Assembly (NCBI GenBank): GCA_036396455.1
Contig: DASWKU010000318.1
Span: 1 to 62,501, forward strand
Source of the DNA: Flavobacteriaceae bacterium
GTDB lineage: Bacteria > Bacteroidota > Bacteroidia > Flavobacteriales > Flavobacteriaceae
Direction: 5' to 3'
DNA length: 62,501 nt
The stretch's first letter is position 1, and each line of letters begins with the position of its first letter. Position numbers and translations under genes: made by a program. The notes beneath the pieces are model-generated. The model was given only the letters and a program-made list of their open reading frames with translations. It was not told the origin of the DNA and made no database searches. Below, in pieces: positions 59,621-62,501 of this stretch.

Positions 59621-60958
59621 GTGGCAAAACAAAGATTAGTCATATTGGGAGGAGGAGAAAGTGGAATTGGAACAGCGCTTTTGGGAAAAGCAAAAGGATA
59701 TCAAGTATTTGTTTCAGATAATGGAACAATCAAACCAAAATATAAAGACGTTCTTATACATCATGGGATTGAATGGGAAGAGGAAAAGCATACCGAATCA
59801 AAAATTTTGAATGCTGACCTTGTGATGAAAAGTCCTGGTATTCCTGATAAGGTGCCTTTGGTGAAGAACATCAGGGAACAAGGAATTCCAATAGTTTCTG
59901 AAATAGAATTTGCTTCGGGTTTTACAAAGGCAACTTTAATTGGAATCACTGGTAGTAACGGTAAAACAACAACGGCATCGTTGACACACCATATTCTTAA
60001 ACAGGAATTGGAAGTCGGTCTTGCGGGAAATATCGGGGATAGTTTTGCGAAACAAATTTTGGAAAAAGATCATCCAAATTATGTGTTGGAAATAAGCAGT
60101 TTTCAATTGGATGATATCGTAAATTTTAAACCGCACATTGCCATAATCACAAACATTACGCCAGACCATTTGGACAGATATGATTACAAATTTGAAAATT
60201 ATATCGCTTCAAAATTTCGCATTGCATTAAATCAAACTCAAGAAGATTACTTGATTTATGACGCCGATGATGAAGTCATCACCAATTGGTTAAAAACCCA
60301 TCCAGTCCAATCCACGGTATTGCCGTTTTCATTAAAAAAAAACATTGAAAATGGAGCGTATTTAGATAAAGAAAATATAAAAATAACTATAGACAACAAC
60401 CAAATAATTATGCCAACAGCAAATCTAACATTAGAAGGAAACCACAATATTAAGAACGCAATGGCTGCGTCAACCGTAGCCCATTTGCTAAAAATTAGAA
60501 AACAGACCATACGCGAAAGTCTTGAAAACTTTCAAGGTGTAGAGCATAGGCTCGAATACGTATTGAAAATAAACAAAGTGCAATACATCAACGACTCCAA
60601 AGCCACAAACGTCAATGCAACGTATTACGCATTGGAAAGTATGGATGCGCCAACGGTTTGGATTGTTGGTGGCATTGATAAAGGCAATAACTATAAAGAG
60701 TTGTTCCCTTTTGTAAACGAAAAAGTAAAGGCCATCATCTGTTTGGGCGTTGATAATGAAAAGTTGTTCAACGCTTTTGGAAATATGGTCGATATTATTG
60801 TTGAAACACAATTTATGAGTGAAGCTGTTAAAATAGCTTACAAAATTGCTGAAGCAGGAGATAATGTACTGTTATCACCGGCCTGTAAAAGTTTTGATCT
60901 GTTTGAAAATTATGAAGACAGAGGACGTCAGTTTAAAGATGCAGTCAGAAATTTATAA
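59621..60958 (+). CDS. murD: UDP-MurNAc-L-Ala:D-Glu ligase
   Basis: GSNGKTT, GNIG, EISSFQL, HRLE and NDSKATN. Confidence 0.96.
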   Translation: MAKQRLVILGGGESGIGTALLGKAKGYQVFVSDNGTIKPKYKDVLIHHGIEWEEEKHTESKILNADLVMKSPGIPDKVPLVKNIREQGIPIVSEIEFASGFTKATLIGITGSNGKTTTASLTHHILKQELEVGLAGNIGDSFAKQILEKDHPNYVLEISSFQLDDIVNFKPHIAIITNITPDHLDRYDYKFENYIASKFRIALNQTQEDYLIYDADDEVITNWLKTHPVQSTVLPFSLKKNIENGAYLDKENIKITIDNNQIIMPTANLTLEGNHNIKNAMAASTVAHLLKIRKQTIRESLENFQGVEHRLEYVLKINKVQYINDSKATNVNATYYALESMDAPTVWIVGGIDKGNNYKELFPFVNEKVKAIICLGVDNEKLFNAFGNMVDIIVETQFMSEAVKIAYKIAEAGDNVLLSPACKSFDLFENYEDRGRQFKDAVRNL

Positions 60959-61091
60959 TTCCATCTTATCCTTCCCATCCGCCTGCCGGACGACGGACAG
61001 GAAGGGAAGAAACTGATGGGAGCCAAATAATAATTTAAAGTATAATAATTCTTCCTTTGGGAAGATGTCCGAAAGACAGATAGGAATGGGG
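60959..61091. repeat. Degenerate REP-like inverted pair with a nested GC-rich insert
   Basis: CTTCCCA-[TCCGCCTGCCGGACGACGGACAGG]-AAGGGAAG ... CTTCCTTTGGGAAG; outer TTCCATCTTATC / GATAGGAATGG. Confidence 0.55.
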
Positions 61092-62279
61092 ACACTATTC
61101 AATAATATAAAAGGAGATCGGTTAATCTGGGCCATTGTCGCATTATTGGCCATTTTCTCATTTCTTCCAGTTTATAGTGCAGCAAGTAATTTGGCTTATG
61201 TGGGAGGAATAGGAAGTACTTTTTCGTTTTTTGTTAAACACTTCATGCACTTGATTTTGGGGTTTGTCATAATGTATGGCGTTCATCGCATTCCATACCG
61301 ATATTTTAGAGGGCTGTCTATGGTGATGATGCCCATTGTGCTTGTGTTACTTGTAGTGACCATGTTCCAAGGTACGACTATTGAAGGGTCAAACGCAAGC
61401 CGATGGATTCAAATACCCATTGTTGGTATGTCATTTCAAACATCGACATTGGCGGGGGTGGTTTTAATGGTTTATGTGGCTCGATATCTATCCAAAATAA
61501 AAGACAAAGAAATTTCCTTTAAAGAATCAATTTTGCCACTTTGGGTGCCAGTTTTTCTTGTACTGATTTTAATCCTACCTGCAAATTTTTCTACAGCTGC
61601 GATTTTATTTGTGTTGATAACCATTTTGGTATTCATTGGGGGTTATCCTATTAAATATTTAGGTGTTATTATGGGAATGGGAATTGTAGCCTTGGCCTTA
61701 TTTGTTTTGGTTGCAAAAGCATTTCCTGAAATTATGCCCAATAGGATAGATACTTGGATGAGCAGAATTGAAAATTTTGCAAATGGAGAAGATACCGAAG
61801 CAGACTATCAAATAGAGAAAGCCAAAATTGCCATTGCATCAGGTGGCATCAGTGGTTTGGGACCGGGAAAAAGTATACAAAAGAATTTTTTGCCGCAATC
61901 CTCATCCGATTTCATTTTTGCAATAATCATTGAAGAATATGGATTGATAGGTGGACTATCTCTATTGTTATTGTATTCTTGGCTGCTGTTTAGGATCATC
62001 ATTGTCTCTCAAAAATCGGATACCATTTTCGGTAAGCTTTTAGTGCTTGGTGTTGGGTTGCCCATCGTATTTCAGGCATTGATAAATATGGCCGTTGCGG
62101 TAGAATTGTTTCCGGTAACAGGACAAACCCTGCCATTGATCAGTAGTGGAGGAACATCCATTTGGATGACCTGTTTGGCTATAGGAATTATATTGAGTGT
62201 GAGTGCCAAACGTGAAGAACTAAAAGAACAGGAAGGTGCAGAAGACAATCCACTTGAAATTTTAAGTGAAACCATTTGA
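61086..62279 (+). CDS. ftsW: Cell division protein FtsW (SEDS)
   Basis: ASRWI, SDFIFAII.EE.G and PVTGQTLPLISSGG; follows murD. Likely start is ATG 61086. Confidence 0.93.
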   Translation: MGTLFNNIKGDRLIWAIVALLAIFSFLPVYSAASNLAYVGGIGSTFSFFVKHFMHLILGFVIMYGVHRIPYRYFRGLSMVMMPIVLVLLVVTMFQGTTIEGSNASRWIQIPIVGMSFQTSTLAGVVLMVYVARYLSKIKDKEISFKESILPLWVPVFLVLILILPANFSTAAILFVLITILVFIGGYPIKYLGVIMGMGIVALALFVLVAKAFPEIMPNRIDTWMSRIENFANGEDTEADYQIEKAKIAIASGGISGLGPGKSIQKNFLPQSSSDFIFAIIIEEYGLIGGLSLLLLYSWLLFRIIIVSQKSDTIFGKLLVLGVGLPIVFQALINMAVAVELFPVTGQTLPLISSGGTSIWMTCLAIGIILSVSAKREELKEQEGAEDNPLEILSETI

Positions 62280-62501
62280 AGTTATAAGTGCCTAAAGTTA
62301 TAAGTACTTAAAGTTGCAATGATAAAAGTTAAAAGATAAAAATGGAATTGAGCATGGTGAAACGATATTTTGGGATCCAAAAGGCTGGAATTTGGAATTT
62401 ATTATTTGGAATTTAAAAATAAAACATTCGTGTATTAGTGGCAAAAAGAACACGATATTTAAGTTGCAAGTGCCTAAAGTTATAAGTACTTAAAGTTGCA
62501 A
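62279..62501 (+). repeat. Short-period repeats with a 34-bp exact direct repeat
   Basis: AAGTGCCTAAAGTTATAAGTACTTAAAGTTGCAA at 62286-62319 and 62468-62501; GGAATTT heptamers near 62387-62414. Confidence 0.85.

Noticed and set aside
1056-62275. Numerous 60-165 aa ORFs antisense to or overlapping long genes
   Set aside because: They are shadows of well-supported CDSs and have no recognisable motifs.
62279-62501. 34-bp direct repeat as a CRISPR repeat
   Set aside because: The unit is internally periodic, the gap is about 148 bp, only two copies are visible, and it lies inside the dcw operon.

Overview
Flavobacteriaceae-like (Bacteroidota) chromosomal window. 397-18726 is a fructan polysaccharide-utilisation locus: hybrid two-component sensor, MFS sugar porter, three GH32 enzymes, SusC/SusD and two SusE-like lipoproteins. 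Gene relics bound it on both sides. 19254-23042 is a Type IIG restriction-modification gene with an apparently intact ~180-aa HUH/Y1 (IS200/RAYT-like) transposase domain inserted in frame just before the NPPY motif. Related AAGGGA..TCCCTT palindromes lie inside that domain and, tandemly duplicated, across the stop codon. This is the strongest candidate for an undescribed system. TerC follows, then a tRNA-Phe locus with a tandem [tRNA 3' half + spacer + small GIY-YIG gene] duplication, a MITE-like insert and nested mini-palindromes. The rest is mostly core genes: coaX, lptC region, PpiD-like protein, mevalonate genes, two POT transporters, comEC, lpxB, surE, prc, engB and the dcw cluster from mraZ to ftsW. 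It also holds an HlyD pseudogene, an AT-rich accessory gene and several REP-like or short tandem repeats. All family calls come from reading motifs by eye; no database searches were run.
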